From Alkalispirochaeta sp. (GTDB lineage Bacteria > Spirochaetota > Spirochaetia > DSM-27196 > Alkalispirochaetaceae): 64,000 bases of DNA. Shown piece by piece: positions 18,934 to 29,800 of this stretch. The notes beneath the pieces are model-generated. The model ran no database searches. It had not been told where the DNA came from and worked only from the letters and a program-made list of their open reading frames with translations. Position numbers and translations under genes: made by a program. Location of the stretch: positions 4,320,001-4,384,000 of the forward strand of contig OZ271854.1 in NCBI GenBank assembly GCA_965601925.1, read 5' to 3'. The first letter of the stretch is position 1, and each line of letters opens with the position of its first letter.

Positions 18934-19647
18934 TCCGGAGATGCTGCCGAGGCCGCCGTCCACTCCGAGCACTTGCCCGGTGATCCAGTCGTTCCGTCCG
19001 TCGAGGAGAAAGACGGCCGCCCGCGCACTATCTTCCGGCGTACCGACGCGACCCAGGGGATGGCGCTCGGCGGACGCGTGCCGTTTTTTGTCGTTCGACA
19101 AGAGGCGTGCCGCGAGAGGCGTATCGGTGAGCGACGGAGCGACCACGTTAAACCGCACCCTCTTCGAGGCGTACTCGGCGGCCAAGCTGATCGCCAGTCC
19201 ACCCAACGCCGCCTTTGCACTCGCTATTGAGGCGTGAAACTGCATACCGATCCGCGCAGCCACCGTGCCGAACAACACCACCGACGCCCCGGAATGGATA
19301 AGCGCGTCGTGCGCGGCGGCGATGACGCGGACCGCGCCCACGACATTAACGGTGTAGTCCTCCACGTACGTCTCGGGTTTGAGACGTTGAAACGCCCCGA
19401 GACTGATCGTCCCCGGCGCATAGACGAGTCCGTCGAGGCGCTCGGGAAGCGCATAGGACTGTTCGGCAAGATCGCGCGTTACATCGATCCGTGCGTGTAT
19501 CGCGTCCGGTATCTCCGCCGTGTCCATCTCACGCCTGCTCCACAGGTATAGGCGCGCGCCCTCTTCTGCGAGGAGCCGGGCGGTGCTCAATCCGATACCG
19601 GAGGAGCCGCCTACTATCAGTATGTTCCGATTTTCAAACTGTCTCAT
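18928..19647 (-). CDS. SDR-family oxidoreductase
   Basis: GGSSGIG, RFNVVAP, WITGQVLGVDGG; IASAK occupies the usual YxxxK position. Confidence 0.88.
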   Translation of the reverse strand: MRQFENRNILIVGGSSGIGLSTARLLAEEGARLYLWSRREMDTAEIPDAIHARIDVTRDLAEQSYALPERLDGLVYAPGTISLGAFQRLKPETYVEDYTVNVVGAVRVIAAAHDALIHSGASVVLFGTVAARIGMQFHASIASAKAALGGLAISLAAEYASKRVRFNVVAPSLTDTPLAARLLSNDKKRHASAERHPLGRVGTPEDSARAAVFLLDGRNDWITGQVLGVDGGLGSISGL

Positions 19648-19736
19648 GGAGAGTGAATATACGAACGAGAGGGGGCCAACGTCCGATCTCACGTCTCGCC
19701 GATATGCACGAACGAGATGCCCTCAGATGCCTCGTA

Positions 19737-20770
19737 TCACCGGCGTATGACGACTCCCGCCTCGCGCAACACCGTCTCTATGGCCCCGATAACGTACCGA
19801 TTCCCGCGGTAGTACCGAATTAGGCTCACGATCCGGTCGGCCCCATAGCGACCCCGATCGGGTAACGACTCGACCTGGTGCGCAATGTGCTCCGGTAAAC
19901 CGGGATTTACCTGAATGCTGCACGTGTCGTAGACCGCATTGGCCTTCTCCCGTACGACCACGGGGTGTATCGCAAACAACTCCTCCCGTGTGATCGCGGC
20001 GTAGCGACTCCCGAGGAGCTCCGCCTCCCGCATGAAGCGTGTAAAATACTCGTCGACGATCCCCTTCTCCGCCAGGATTTCGTAGTAACTCCGCGAGATA
20101 CGCAAGCCTCCCACCGGCGCGGTGGACTCCATCCTCTTGGCGTCGATGACGGGCATACCGATTACATCCCATTGCCGAGCGCCCTCGGGACCGAAGTTTC
20201 CGATGGTGACCTCACCGAGATTGGCCCCGATCCGAATGCGGATCCGGAACATCGCCGAGAGAGAGCTCGAAATCTCGGTGTCGTTGCGCAATCGCGTGAT
20301 GATCGCAAACGCGCTCTAAGACGATGCGCTCCTCTTCACCGGTCGTATCGCTCAAAACGCGCGTGTCGGCGCTGTTGAACAAGACGCATACGCGATGAAT
20401 CTCCACGCAGGTAAAAAAGAGCTCTCCGGCGATGTAGACTCGCAACTCGACCCGATCGTTGATTTTCCGCGCCCGCGAGTCGATGAGTCCGCCGTGGTGA
20501 AACATCAACGAGTCGCCCTCAATTTTGTTGAGCTACCCCCATGACGACGGAGCACGCTGTTGAACGCGGTATAGGGGCCGTTGAGAACTTCCTGATTCTC
20601 CTTCGGCGTCAAAAATTTAGAGAGGAACGTATCGTTCGCTATGTCGATAAATCCAATACCGACCTTCGCCTCCTCGCTCTCTCGCGGAATGCCTCCGACT
20701 TTGAGAATTGCGTCGACACGTTGTCGTAGGGGTAGAAGTCTTCGATTTGTTCGCGAAGTTGGGCCGACAT
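19737..20770 (-). pseudogene. Class III adenylate/guanylate cyclase pseudogene (at least 3 frame breaks)
   Basis: Motifs GFIDIA, NKIEGDSLMF and RIRIGANLGEVTIGNFG...WDVIG.PVIDAKRMES are split across reading frames. Confidence 0.85.
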
Positions 20771-20814
20771 ATCTCTATGCCAATAGTCAGTGTAGGGCCG
20801 GGACGATGGCCGAG

Positions 20815-22701
20815 CTATACCGGAATGCGAGAAAAAAAGTCTTCCTCGCTAATGATCGGAATCTCCAACTCCCGCGCCTTCTTTGCCTTGGCCGAACGCG
20901 ATTCGGGGTCATTGGTGACGAGATAACTTAACTCCGCCGATACGCTGCTGCGCGCCTGCCCTCCGTATCGCCGCACAAGCTTCTCCGCTTCCGATCGCGT
21001 GGTGCGCGTGAGGGTACCGGTAAAGCAGAACGTGAGGCCCGCCAGCGGTTGTTCTTCGACCGTCGTCGGCGAAGCGGGAGCCTCGATAGAGACGGCTCCT
21101 CCCGCCAGAAGACGATCCATCGCCTCGCGCACCGACTGAAGTCCCTCGGCTACCTGTACCGCCGTCGCTTCGGCGATCCCCTCTGCAGTAGCCAGTTCCG
21201 CCGGCGAAGCGGCCCGCAAAGACTCGAGCGTGTCGAATCCGCCGTCCGCCAGTTTTTGAATTTTCAGCTCCGCGATCCCCGCGATATCGAAGCCGGCGAC
21301 AAAACGGGCAAGGGGAATGACGGCGACCGCTCGGAGATTACCCAGAGCCTTGCGAGCGCTTAGCTCTCCCATACCCTCGAACTCGGCGATCGTCTCCCAC
21401 GACACGGTGTAGAGATCGGCGATCTCCCGTACGATGCCGTCGTCGAAAAGACGTTTGAGGAGCACGTCGCCGAAATCCCGTACATCCAAAACGCGAATCC
21501 ATTTCTGGAGCCGATGAAAATCGCGGCGGGGACACGCCACGTTGGGGCAGTAGAGTCGCTTGCCCTCATTTACCAACTCGGTCCCACAGGTGGAACAACG
21601 CTCCGGTATTTCGATACTTCGCGAATCGTCGCCGTGGCGAATCAGCCGTTCGATTTTAGGAATGATGTCACCGCGCTTGGTGACCATGACTTCGCTGTTG
21701 ATGCGCAAATCCATCTCCGCGATGAGTTCGGGATGCACCAAACTGGCGCGCCGCACCGTCGTGCCGGCGAGTTGGACCGGATCGATGATGCCCACCGGCG
21801 TGTAGAGATGCCCCGATTCGCTCCACTCGACCGCTCTCAACACGCTCGCAGCCTCCTCGGTGGAGAACTTGAACGCGACCTGCTTTTGGGGGCGCGAGCG
21901 TTGCATGTCGGCGATATCGATCTCCGGCCCCTTCACGACCAGCCCGTCGATATCGTATCCCAACTCGCTCCGCGCTTCACTCACGACGTCGCGATGGTGG
22001 ATGACCTCATCGGGTGTGTCGAGAACGACGTACGGGACGATTGCGAAGCCCTGCGCCTCTATCCAGGAGATCTTTTCAATCTCGTCGGCGAACGGACGCT
22101 CGCCTTCGGTGAAGGCGTCGTAGGCGAGGATTCGAAGATGCTCGCTCCCCTTGCCGTCCTTACGTTTCATGAGTCCGTTGGCGGCGTTGCGACAGTTTGC
22201 TTTGTCGGAGTAATGCAGACGGTGAACTTCGTGCGTCATGATCACCTCGCCGCGGACCGCTCCGCTGAACGGCGACGGTAGTTGTTTCGGTACGCCCGCC
22301 ATGCGGCTGACGTTGTCGGTGATATCGTCTCCGACGCGCCCGTCGCCTCTGGTCACGCCGTGAACGAAGCGTCCCTCGTGATACTGAAGCTCAATGCTCG
22401 CACCGTCCAGTTTGTGTTGGACGATATACCGCTCATGCCCGGCCCGTTCCGTCCACTTGCGAAACTGTTCGGGAGTACTCGCCTTATCTTGACTGTTCAT
22501 CGGCATGAGATGTTCGCGCTTTGTCGCTCCACCCGCGCCGTCGGCGCCGACGCGCGAGAAGATCGGATGGTCCGGTGCGCGATCGACCAGCTCGTCCCAT
22601 AACGCATCGAATTGTGCGTCGGTGATCTCCGGTTGGTCGTTGTAATACTTGTCTTGGTGGTACTCAATCAAACGAGCCAGGTTTTCTATCGATAGCGCCA
22701 T
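20815..22701 (-). CDS. ligA: NAD-dependent DNA ligase
   Basis: KLDG, TRGDG, DGLVVK, zinc-finger Cys residues, HhH and C-terminal BRCT (FCFTG). Confidence 0.96.
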   Translation of the reverse strand: MALSIENLARLIEYHQDKYYNDQPEITDAQFDALWDELVDRAPDHPIFSRVGADGAGGATKREHLMPMNSQDKASTPEQFRKWTERAGHERYIVQHKLDGASIELQYHEGRFVHGVTRGDGRVGDDITDNVSRMAGVPKQLPSPFSGAVRGEVIMTHEVHRLHYSDKANCRNAANGLMKRKDGKGSEHLRILAYDAFTEGERPFADEIEKISWIEAQGFAIVPYVVLDTPDEVIHHRDVVSEARSELGYDIDGLVVKGPEIDIADMQRSRPQKQVAFKFSTEEAASVLRAVEWSESGHLYTPVGIIDPVQLAGTTVRRASLVHPELIAEMDLRINSEVMVTKRGDIIPKIERLIRHGDDSRSIEIPERCSTCGTELVNEGKRLYCPNVACPRRDFHRLQKWIRVLDVRDFGDVLLKRLFDDGIVREIADLYTVSWETIAEFEGMGELSARKALGNLRAVAVIPLARFVAGFDIAGIAELKIQKLADGGFDTLESLRAASPAELATAEGIAEATAVQVAEGLQSVREAMDRLLAGGAVSIEAPASPTTVEEQPLAGLTFCFTGTLTRTTRSEAEKLVRRYGGQARSSVSAELSYLVTNDPESRSAKAKKARELEIPIISEEDFFSRIPV

Positions 22702-22721
22702 TTTATCTACCAATATACGAC

Positions 22722-22762
22722 AAAAAAAGGCCTGCGAGGAAAGGAGGTGAACCCCGCAGGCC
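22722..22762 (-). terminator. Intrinsic terminator downstream of lipA with anti-SD loop (possible sRNA 3' end)
   Basis: Minus strand GGCCTGCGGGG-TTCACCTCCTTT-CCTCGCAGGCC-TTTTTTT. Confidence 0.85.
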
Positions 22763-22868
22763 AAACACTGCTGACTCACCCTCACAAACAACGTATGCCG
22801 AAAAAGGTAACAGCAAGAACACAAAAAAAGATGTTCTGCGATGGGACGCGTATCGCCACGCGCCGTCG

Positions 22869-23768
22869 CTACGCCTCTTTGTAGAGCGGGTGGACTCGCC
22901 TTCGGTACGCCTCGTATCCCTCGCCGGCGTGGTACGATGAGCGTACGAGGGGGCCGGCGTCGCAATGGACAAATCCCTTCTCCAGGGCCCGGTGGCGCAA
23001 CTCGTCGAACTCCTCCGGCATCCAGTACCGCTGGACCGGCAGATGCGTGCGCGAAGGCTGGAGATACTGCCCCACGTTGAGGATCTGAATGTCGTGGCTC
23101 CGTAGATCGTCCATCGCCTCCAACACCTCGTCGCGGCTCTCTCCCAAACCGAGCATCAAACTGGACTTGGTTACCGCCTCCGGAGCGATCTCCCGCGCCG
23201 TCTTCAAGACCCGCAATGATCGGTCGTAGTCGCTGCGGGAGCGCACTTGGGGCGTCAATCGACGTACCGTCTCCAGGTTGTGACTCATAATCTCGGGCTC
23301 GGCGGCCATAACGGTCTCGACCGCCGTACGATTACCCATGAAGTCACTGGTCAGGACCTCCACCGTACACTCGTCCGTCGCGCCGTGAATCGCGCGCACC
23401 GTGTTGGCCATTACCTCCGCGCCGCCGTCTTTGAGGTCGTCGCGATTGACCATGGTAATCACCACGTGACGCAGATCCATGGCCGCCACCGAATCGGCAA
23501 CCCGCTTGGGCTCGCCGAGGTCGAGCATACTGGGGAGGCCGGTTTTCACGGCGCAGAAGCGACAGCGTCTCGTACACGTGTCGCCCAGGATCATGAATGT
23601 TGCGGTGCGATGCTGTCCCCAACACTCGTGAATATTGGGGCACCGAGCCTCTTCGCACACCGTATTGAGACGCTCCTCCCGCATGAGCTTCTTGAGGTAG
23701 CGAAAGTTATCGTTCGTGTTCAACTGTATCTTGAGCCAGTCCGGCTTCCTCGTTATCTGCGTTGCCAT
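22869..23768 (-). CDS. lipA: Lipoyl synthase
   Basis: [20 protein letters not shown] and RSSY motifs. Confidence 0.97.
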   Translation of the reverse strand: MATQITRKPDWLKIQLNTNDNFRYLKKLMREERLNTVCEEARCPNIHECWGQHRTATFMILGDTCTRRCRFCAVKTGLPSMLDLGEPKRVADSVAAMDLRHVVITMVNRDDLKDGGAEVMANTVRAIHGATDECTVEVLTSDFMGNRTAVETVMAAEPEIMSHNLETVRRLTPQVRSRSDYDRSLRVLKTAREIAPEAVTKSSLMLGLGESRDEVLEAMDDLRSHDIQILNVGQYLQPSRTHLPVQRYWMPEEFDELRHRALEKGFVHCDAGPLVRSSYHAGEGYEAYRRRVHPLYKEA

Positions 23769-23986
23769 TGCATTAACCTATCCACATTATGAGCGGTTGG
23801 TAAAGTCGCCGCAACGATACCGCCGTCTCCGTGGCTCCGGGCGGATACGGTTCGACCGTGGGAACGGCGACTTCAGGCTCCGCCTGCCGAGTCGTTCGCC
23901 CCGTCGGCCCGGCTCGATGCGGGTAGCAACATACGACCGAGAACGCGCCGCTTGACAGCCGCCGATCGCATCCATACTGTGACGCA

Positions 23987-24544
23987 ATGAGAGTCAGATA
24001 CAACGCCCCGGTGACGCTTACCTTCGCGCTCGTATCGTCGCTGGTGCTCATGCTCGATCAGACGATCATGCCGACCCTCTTGGAACGTCTGTTCGTCGTC
24101 GGACCGAGGATGAATCCCGTTAACCCTATTGATTACGTGCGCCTGTTCACCCACGTCGTCGGACACTCGAGCTGGGCGCACCTCATGGGAAACTTCGCTT
24201 TCATTTTACTTCTGGGTCCCATTTTAGAAGAGAAGTACGATTCAGGCGGCCTGTTGGTGATGATCGCCGTAACCGCGTTGGTAACCGGACTATTGAACGT
24301 ACTCTTCTTACCCAGCGGCCTTCTCGGCGCCAGTGGTGTAGTGTTCATGATGATCCTGCTGGTGTCGTTTACCAACATTAGGCAAGGCGAAATTCCTCTG
24401 ACATTTATCCTGATCGTCATCCTCTATCTCATACAGGAGATCGTCGACTCCCTTCGAGCCGACTCGGTGGCGCAGTTCGCGCATATTGCCGGCGGGGTGA
24501 TCGGCAGCCTCTTCGGCTTTCTACGCCCCCACAAACGAGATTAA
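23987..24544 (+). CDS. Rhomboid-family intramembrane serine protease
   Basis: H..GH..WAHLMGN, GASG and AHIAGG motifs. Confidence 0.9.
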   Translation: MRVRYNAPVTLTFALVSSLVLMLDQTIMPTLLERLFVVGPRMNPVNPIDYVRLFTHVVGHSSWAHLMGNFAFILLLGPILEEKYDSGGLLVMIAVTALVTGLLNVLFLPSGLLGASGVVFMMILLVSFTNIRQGEIPLTFILIVILYLIQEIVDSLRADSVAQFAHIAGGVIGSLFGFLRPHKRD

Positions 24545-24559
24545 AAGAGAGATATATCG

Positions 24560-25617
<1,058 letters not shown>

Positions 25618-25621
<4 letters not shown>

Positions 25622-26559
25622 CGCGCCCTCGCTCCGTCCCCGACCTCGGGACGTTCGTAACCGAGGCGGTGCAGCGTCTCTCGGACAGCGCCACGCCGCG
25701 CCTCGACGTACTCATGCTGATAGAGAATATCAGCGGACTCGGTCGCGCCGATGTGTTGGCCGAGCTACGACAACCGGTCGACGCCGTTCTCTCTCCCGAT
25801 GGACGCGCACGCTTCGTCTCGGACCTTGCGCGGCGCGCTCGCGGGATACCCATGGCCTACATCGTCGGGCGCAAAGAGTTCTACGGCCGTGACTTCGCCG
25901 TCGGTCCCGGCGCGCTCGTTCCCCGCCCCGAGACGGAGCATCTCGTGGACCGCGCCTTGGAGCTCATCGACGGCCAATCGGCTCCTTCGATCCACGATTG
26001 TTGCACGGGAACGGGGTGCATCGGCATAACGATCGCGAGAGAGTGTTTTGAGCGGGGACAGAGCGTGCGGGTCGTTTTGAGCGACCTTCACGAGGATGCT
26101 CTCGCATGGGCGCGCCGCAACGCTCGCTCGATACTGGGGCCGATGGACCGAGGGTGTTATCGCATCGAGATCCGCGATCTTCTGGAGTGGCCCGCAGCGG
26201 ACGGCGCGCAACACGACGTATGGCCCGCCCCGACGATAATCACCGCCAATCCACCCTATTTGACCACCGCCGAACGCACGGCCGCCTTGGCGCAGGGCTG
26301 GGGCGAACCTGTGGACGCGTTGGACGGCGGGGAAGACGGGCTTGCCCTCTATCCACGCCTGGCTCGCGAAGCGTTTGAAAGGTTGGCGTGGGATGGGTAC
26401 TTTTTGGTCGAACACGGTGCCGGTCAATCGGAACGCGTCGTCGAGATGGTGGCTCGAGCGGGCTTCACCTCCCCGACCGTCGGCCACGATTTAGCAGGAA
26501 TCGAGCGATTTGTCGTGGGTAGAAAGATCGGAACCGGGACGACCGACAAGAGCGTATGA
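25618..26559 (+). CDS. prmC: Release factor glutamine methyltransferase
   Basis: [17 protein letters not shown] and NPPY motifs; follows prfA. Confidence 0.93.
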
Positions 26560-28583
26560 TCAAAACGATCGCCGAGTTACAGCATATCACCTCTTCGTAC
26601 GGCGCCGCGGACCAAGAAAAGATGTCCGCCGCCGCGCGCCTCTCCGAGAAGCTTCACGAGGGGCAGCTGCGCGACTCGGGCGAGCCGTACTTCATCCACC
26701 CGTTGCAGGTCGCCGAGATCCTGATTGAAATGAAGCTCGACGCGGCGACGATCGCGGCGGCGCTCCTGCACGATGTGTTGGAGGACACGATCGTGACGAG
26801 AGCCGAGCTGAAGCGTCAATTCGGTCGCGAGGTAGACAACCTGGTCAACGGTGTGACCAAAATCAACGCCGTCAAAGCGCAAAACAAGAGCGTCCAAGAG
26901 TCCGAGACGATCCGCAAGATGCTCATTGCAATGGTCAAGGACGTGCGCGTCATACTCATCAAGCTCGCCGACAAGCTGCATAATATGCGCACCCTCAAGT
27001 ACAAAGCGGGTCCGCGGCGCCGCGAGATAGCGCAAGAGACGCTTGATATCTACGCTCCCCTTGCCGGACGACTGGGGATCAGCTGGCTCAAGGACGAACT
27101 CGAGGATCTGTCGCTCAAACATCTGCACCCGGATGTCTATCGCACGATCAAGGAGCAGGTATCCGACAAGCGGCAGGGACGTTCGAACTACCTCACTCGC
27201 GTCCAGGCGGCTATCCGCAAGGCTGCGCGCGAGGAGGGTGTCGCGGTCGTCGTGGAGAGCCGCGCCAAGCACTTCTACAGCATCTATCTGAAAATGAAGC
27301 GCTACGGCAAGGAACTCAACGAGATCTACGATCTCCTCGGTATTCGTATTCTGTGCGACACGACCAACGAGTGCTATCAGATTCTGGGGTTGGTACACCG
27401 ATTGTGGCCGCCGATCGAAGGGCGCTTCAAAGACTACATCGCCATGCCCAAGGCCAACCAATATCAGAGCCTTCACACCTCGGTTCTGGGGTTCGGGGGC
27501 AAGATCATCGAGATTCAGATCCGGACGCACGGTATGCACCGGACCGCAGAGTTCGGCGTCGCGGCCCACTGGCTGTACAAGCGGGGACTCACGCAGAATC
27601 AGGTGAAGCCGGGCGATCTGACGATTATGCATCGCGTCCGCGATCTCAAGGATGCGCGTATCACCTCCGACGAGTTTTTGGAGGAGATCAAGCGTGAGAT
27701 ATTGCGCGACTCGATCTACGTTTTTACGCCGAAGGGCGACGCCATCCAGCTCCCGAAGGGCGCGACGGCGATCGACTTTTCCTATCACATTCACACCGAG
27801 GTCGGTCACCACACCGTGGGCGCCAAAGCGGACGGAGCGATCATCCCTCTTAAGGAACCGCTTAAGAATACGCAGGTCATCGAGATCCTGACCAATCCCA
27901 ATTCGCATCCGCATCTCAACTGGCTACGATACGCCCATACGTCGCGGGCGCGCTCGAAGATCCGCGCGTGGCTCAACAAACACGACGAGACGCTCATCAT
28001 CAATCAGAACATCGTCGCGCGGAAGACCGAACGCCCGCCCCACGGCGGTACCCACGGCCGTTCATCGACGGGACGCCCCGATACGAAGCGCCGACCTTCC
28101 AAAGAAACATCGGCCATCCTGGATCAGCACAAGGTCGAAATTCGCGTCGGCAAAGAGCGCAATCTCATGATCCGTTTCGCTCAGTGCTGCAAACCGCGCA
28201 CGGGCGACGATATCGTCGGATATGTGTCTCGCGGCCGGGGAATCATCATTCACAAGCGCGACTGCCGCAGCTTGCAGAGTATCTCCGACGTGGATGAGCG
28301 GCTCATCGACGTCGAATGGGAGACGGTCTCTCCCAAGGCGACGCATCGGTTCCGTGTCGTGGCGCGGCGCACGAATGATCTGTTCAGCGAAATTGAGGGG
28401 GCTGTGCGTAAGATTCACGGACACTTGATAGAGGGGCGTATCGACGAGACGGGGCCGGACACCCTGGACGCCAGTTTCACACTCGAGGTGGAACGTCGCC
28501 AGGATCTTCGCAAAATCACCAAGTGCATACGCGCGATTCCGGCGGTGATGAGCCTCCACAACGTACCGCGCGACAGACATTGA
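26556..28583 (+). CDS. relA: Bifunctional (p)ppGpp synthetase/hydrolase (long RSH)
   Basis: LLHDVLED HD domain, RFKDYIAMPK.N.YQSLH, EIQIRT, TGS and C-terminal CC/ACT regions. Confidence 0.95.
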   Translation: MIKTIAELQHITSSYGAADQEKMSAAARLSEKLHEGQLRDSGEPYFIHPLQVAEILIEMKLDAATIAAALLHDVLEDTIVTRAELKRQFGREVDNLVNGVTKINAVKAQNKSVQESETIRKMLIAMVKDVRVILIKLADKLHNMRTLKYKAGPRRREIAQETLDIYAPLAGRLGISWLKDELEDLSLKHLHPDVYRTIKEQVSDKRQGRSNYLTRVQAAIRKAAREEGVAVVVESRAKHFYSIYLKMKRYGKELNEIYDLLGIRILCDTTNECYQILGLVHRLWPPIEGRFKDYIAMPKANQYQSLHTSVLGFGGKIIEIQIRTHGMHRTAEFGVAAHWLYKRGLTQNQVKPGDLTIMHRVRDLKDARITSDEFLEEIKREILRDSIYVFTPKGDAIQLPKGATAIDFSYHIHTEVGHHTVGAKADGAIIPLKEPLKNTQVIEILTNPNSHPHLNWLRYAHTSRARSKIRAWLNKHDETLIINQNIVARKTERPPHGGTHGRSSTGRPDTKRRPSKETSAILDQHKVEIRVGKERNLMIRFAQCCKPRTGDDIVGYVSRGRGIIIHKRDCRSLQSISDVDERLIDVEWETVSPKATHRFRVVARRTNDLFSEIEGAVRKIHGHLIEGRIDETGPDTLDASFTLEVERRQDLRKITKCIRAIPAVMSLHNVPRDRH

Positions 28584-28672
28584 CCGTCGCCTCGACGCAT
28601 CACCGTCCGGTGAATCGTACCGAGGTTCCGTTTCAAGGCGTTGCCGTCCGCGACGATTATTACACTTTTTTG

Positions 28673-28723
28673 TTGACAACCAATCATATCCGCCTCATGA
28701 TAACGATTGTGCAAAGGTTTGCA
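28673..28723 (+). promoter_or_regulatory. Sigma70-like promoter with adjacent LacI-type operator
   Basis: TTGACA(28673)-17-CATGAT, then AACGATTGTGCAAAGGTTTGCA. Confidence 0.65.
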
Positions 28724-28737
28724 AGGATAAGCAGTCT

Positions 28738-29736
28738 ATGGCGTCGATGAAAGATGTGGCGCGACTTGCCGGCGTATCGGTGTCTACCGTCTCCAGGGCT
28801 ATCAGCGGCAACATCACCGTTGATCCCTCTACAAAGCGTCGCGTGTTACAAGCTATTGAGAAGACGGACTATCGCCCCAACCTCCTCGCACAGGGGTTGC
28901 GGCTGCGAAACAGCAACACCATCGGACTTGTTCTACCCGCTCTGGTGCACGAAGCCTTCGCGACGTTTCTGAAGTATGTCGAAGCGGAATGCGCACACCA
29001 TGGATACTTGCTTGCCGTCGGTAACACGCACAGCGATGCGGGGCGCGAAGAAGAGTTCATTCAACAGCTCCTACAACGCAATGTAGACGGCATCGTGTTG
29101 TCCCGCGTTTCCGACTATAGCCGCGTGTTCAAAATGATTGAGCGGCAGAGCGTGAAGGCCGTTCTCCTAGACCGGCGGTGTGAAAACGATCAACTTCCGT
29201 CGGTCGAGGTAGATAACGTCGACGCGGGCCGCGTCGCGGCGGAACACCTCATCGAGAGGGGACACCGCGCAATCGCGATGATTACGGGGCCTCAATCGGT
29301 ATGGTTATCGCGCGAGAGAACGACGGGATTTACCGATCGACTTCTCGACGAGGGAATCGCCATAGACCCAAGAAACATCGTCGAAGGCGACTTCGATTTT
29401 CCCTCCGGTGTCGAGGCTGCACGATTGCTTCTGGAAAAAGGGGCCCCGTTCACGGCGGTGTGGGCGCAGTCGGACCTCATGGCGATCGGCTTTCTTCACG
29501 AGATGCAGCGCCGCAAGATCTCCGTTCCGGCGGACATCTCCGTTATAGGAATGGACGACATTGCCCCGGCGCATATGTCGTGGCCACCCCTTACAACGAT
29601 CGCGCAGCCCTTCGAAGAAATGGGCCGTAGGGCGGTCGACCTTATCACCAGCATGATAGAAGCGGACGAAGTGATCTATAAACGCTCGATTCTCGATACG
29701 CGCCTCGTCGAGCGCGAGAGTGTGCGGAGCGTCTGA
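28738..29736 (+). CDS. LacI-family transcriptional regulator
   Basis: SMKDVARLAGVSVSTVSR HTH, YRPNLLAQGL hinge, VIGMDD. Confidence 0.95.
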   Translation: MASMKDVARLAGVSVSTVSRAISGNITVDPSTKRRVLQAIEKTDYRPNLLAQGLRLRNSNTIGLVLPALVHEAFATFLKYVEAECAHHGYLLAVGNTHSDAGREEEFIQQLLQRNVDGIVLSRVSDYSRVFKMIERQSVKAVLLDRRCENDQLPSVEVDNVDAGRVAAEHLIERGHRAIAMITGPQSVWLSRERTTGFTDRLLDEGIAIDPRNIVEGDFDFPSGVEAARLLLEKGAPFTAVWAQSDLMAIGFLHEMQRRKISVPADISVIGMDDIAPAHMSWPPLTTIAQPFEEMGRRAVDLITSMIEADEVIYKRSILDTRLVERESVRSV

Positions 29737-29757
29737 TGATGTATTGTAGGTCACATA

Positions 29758-29784
29758 TGCAAACGATTGTGCAAACGATTGCGA
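29758..29784. promoter_or_regulatory. Tandem LacI-type operator
   Basis: TGCAAACGATTG repeated twice; shares AACGATTGTGCAAA with the site at 28702. Confidence 0.7.
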
Positions 29785-29800
29785 ACGAAGGACGGCGGCG

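Noticed and set aside
22740..22870. Plus-strand AAGGAGGTGA (also at 50931) as the RBS of a small toxin or peptide
   Set aside because: No start codon 5-10 nt downstream at either site; the U-tract orientation fits minus-strand terminators
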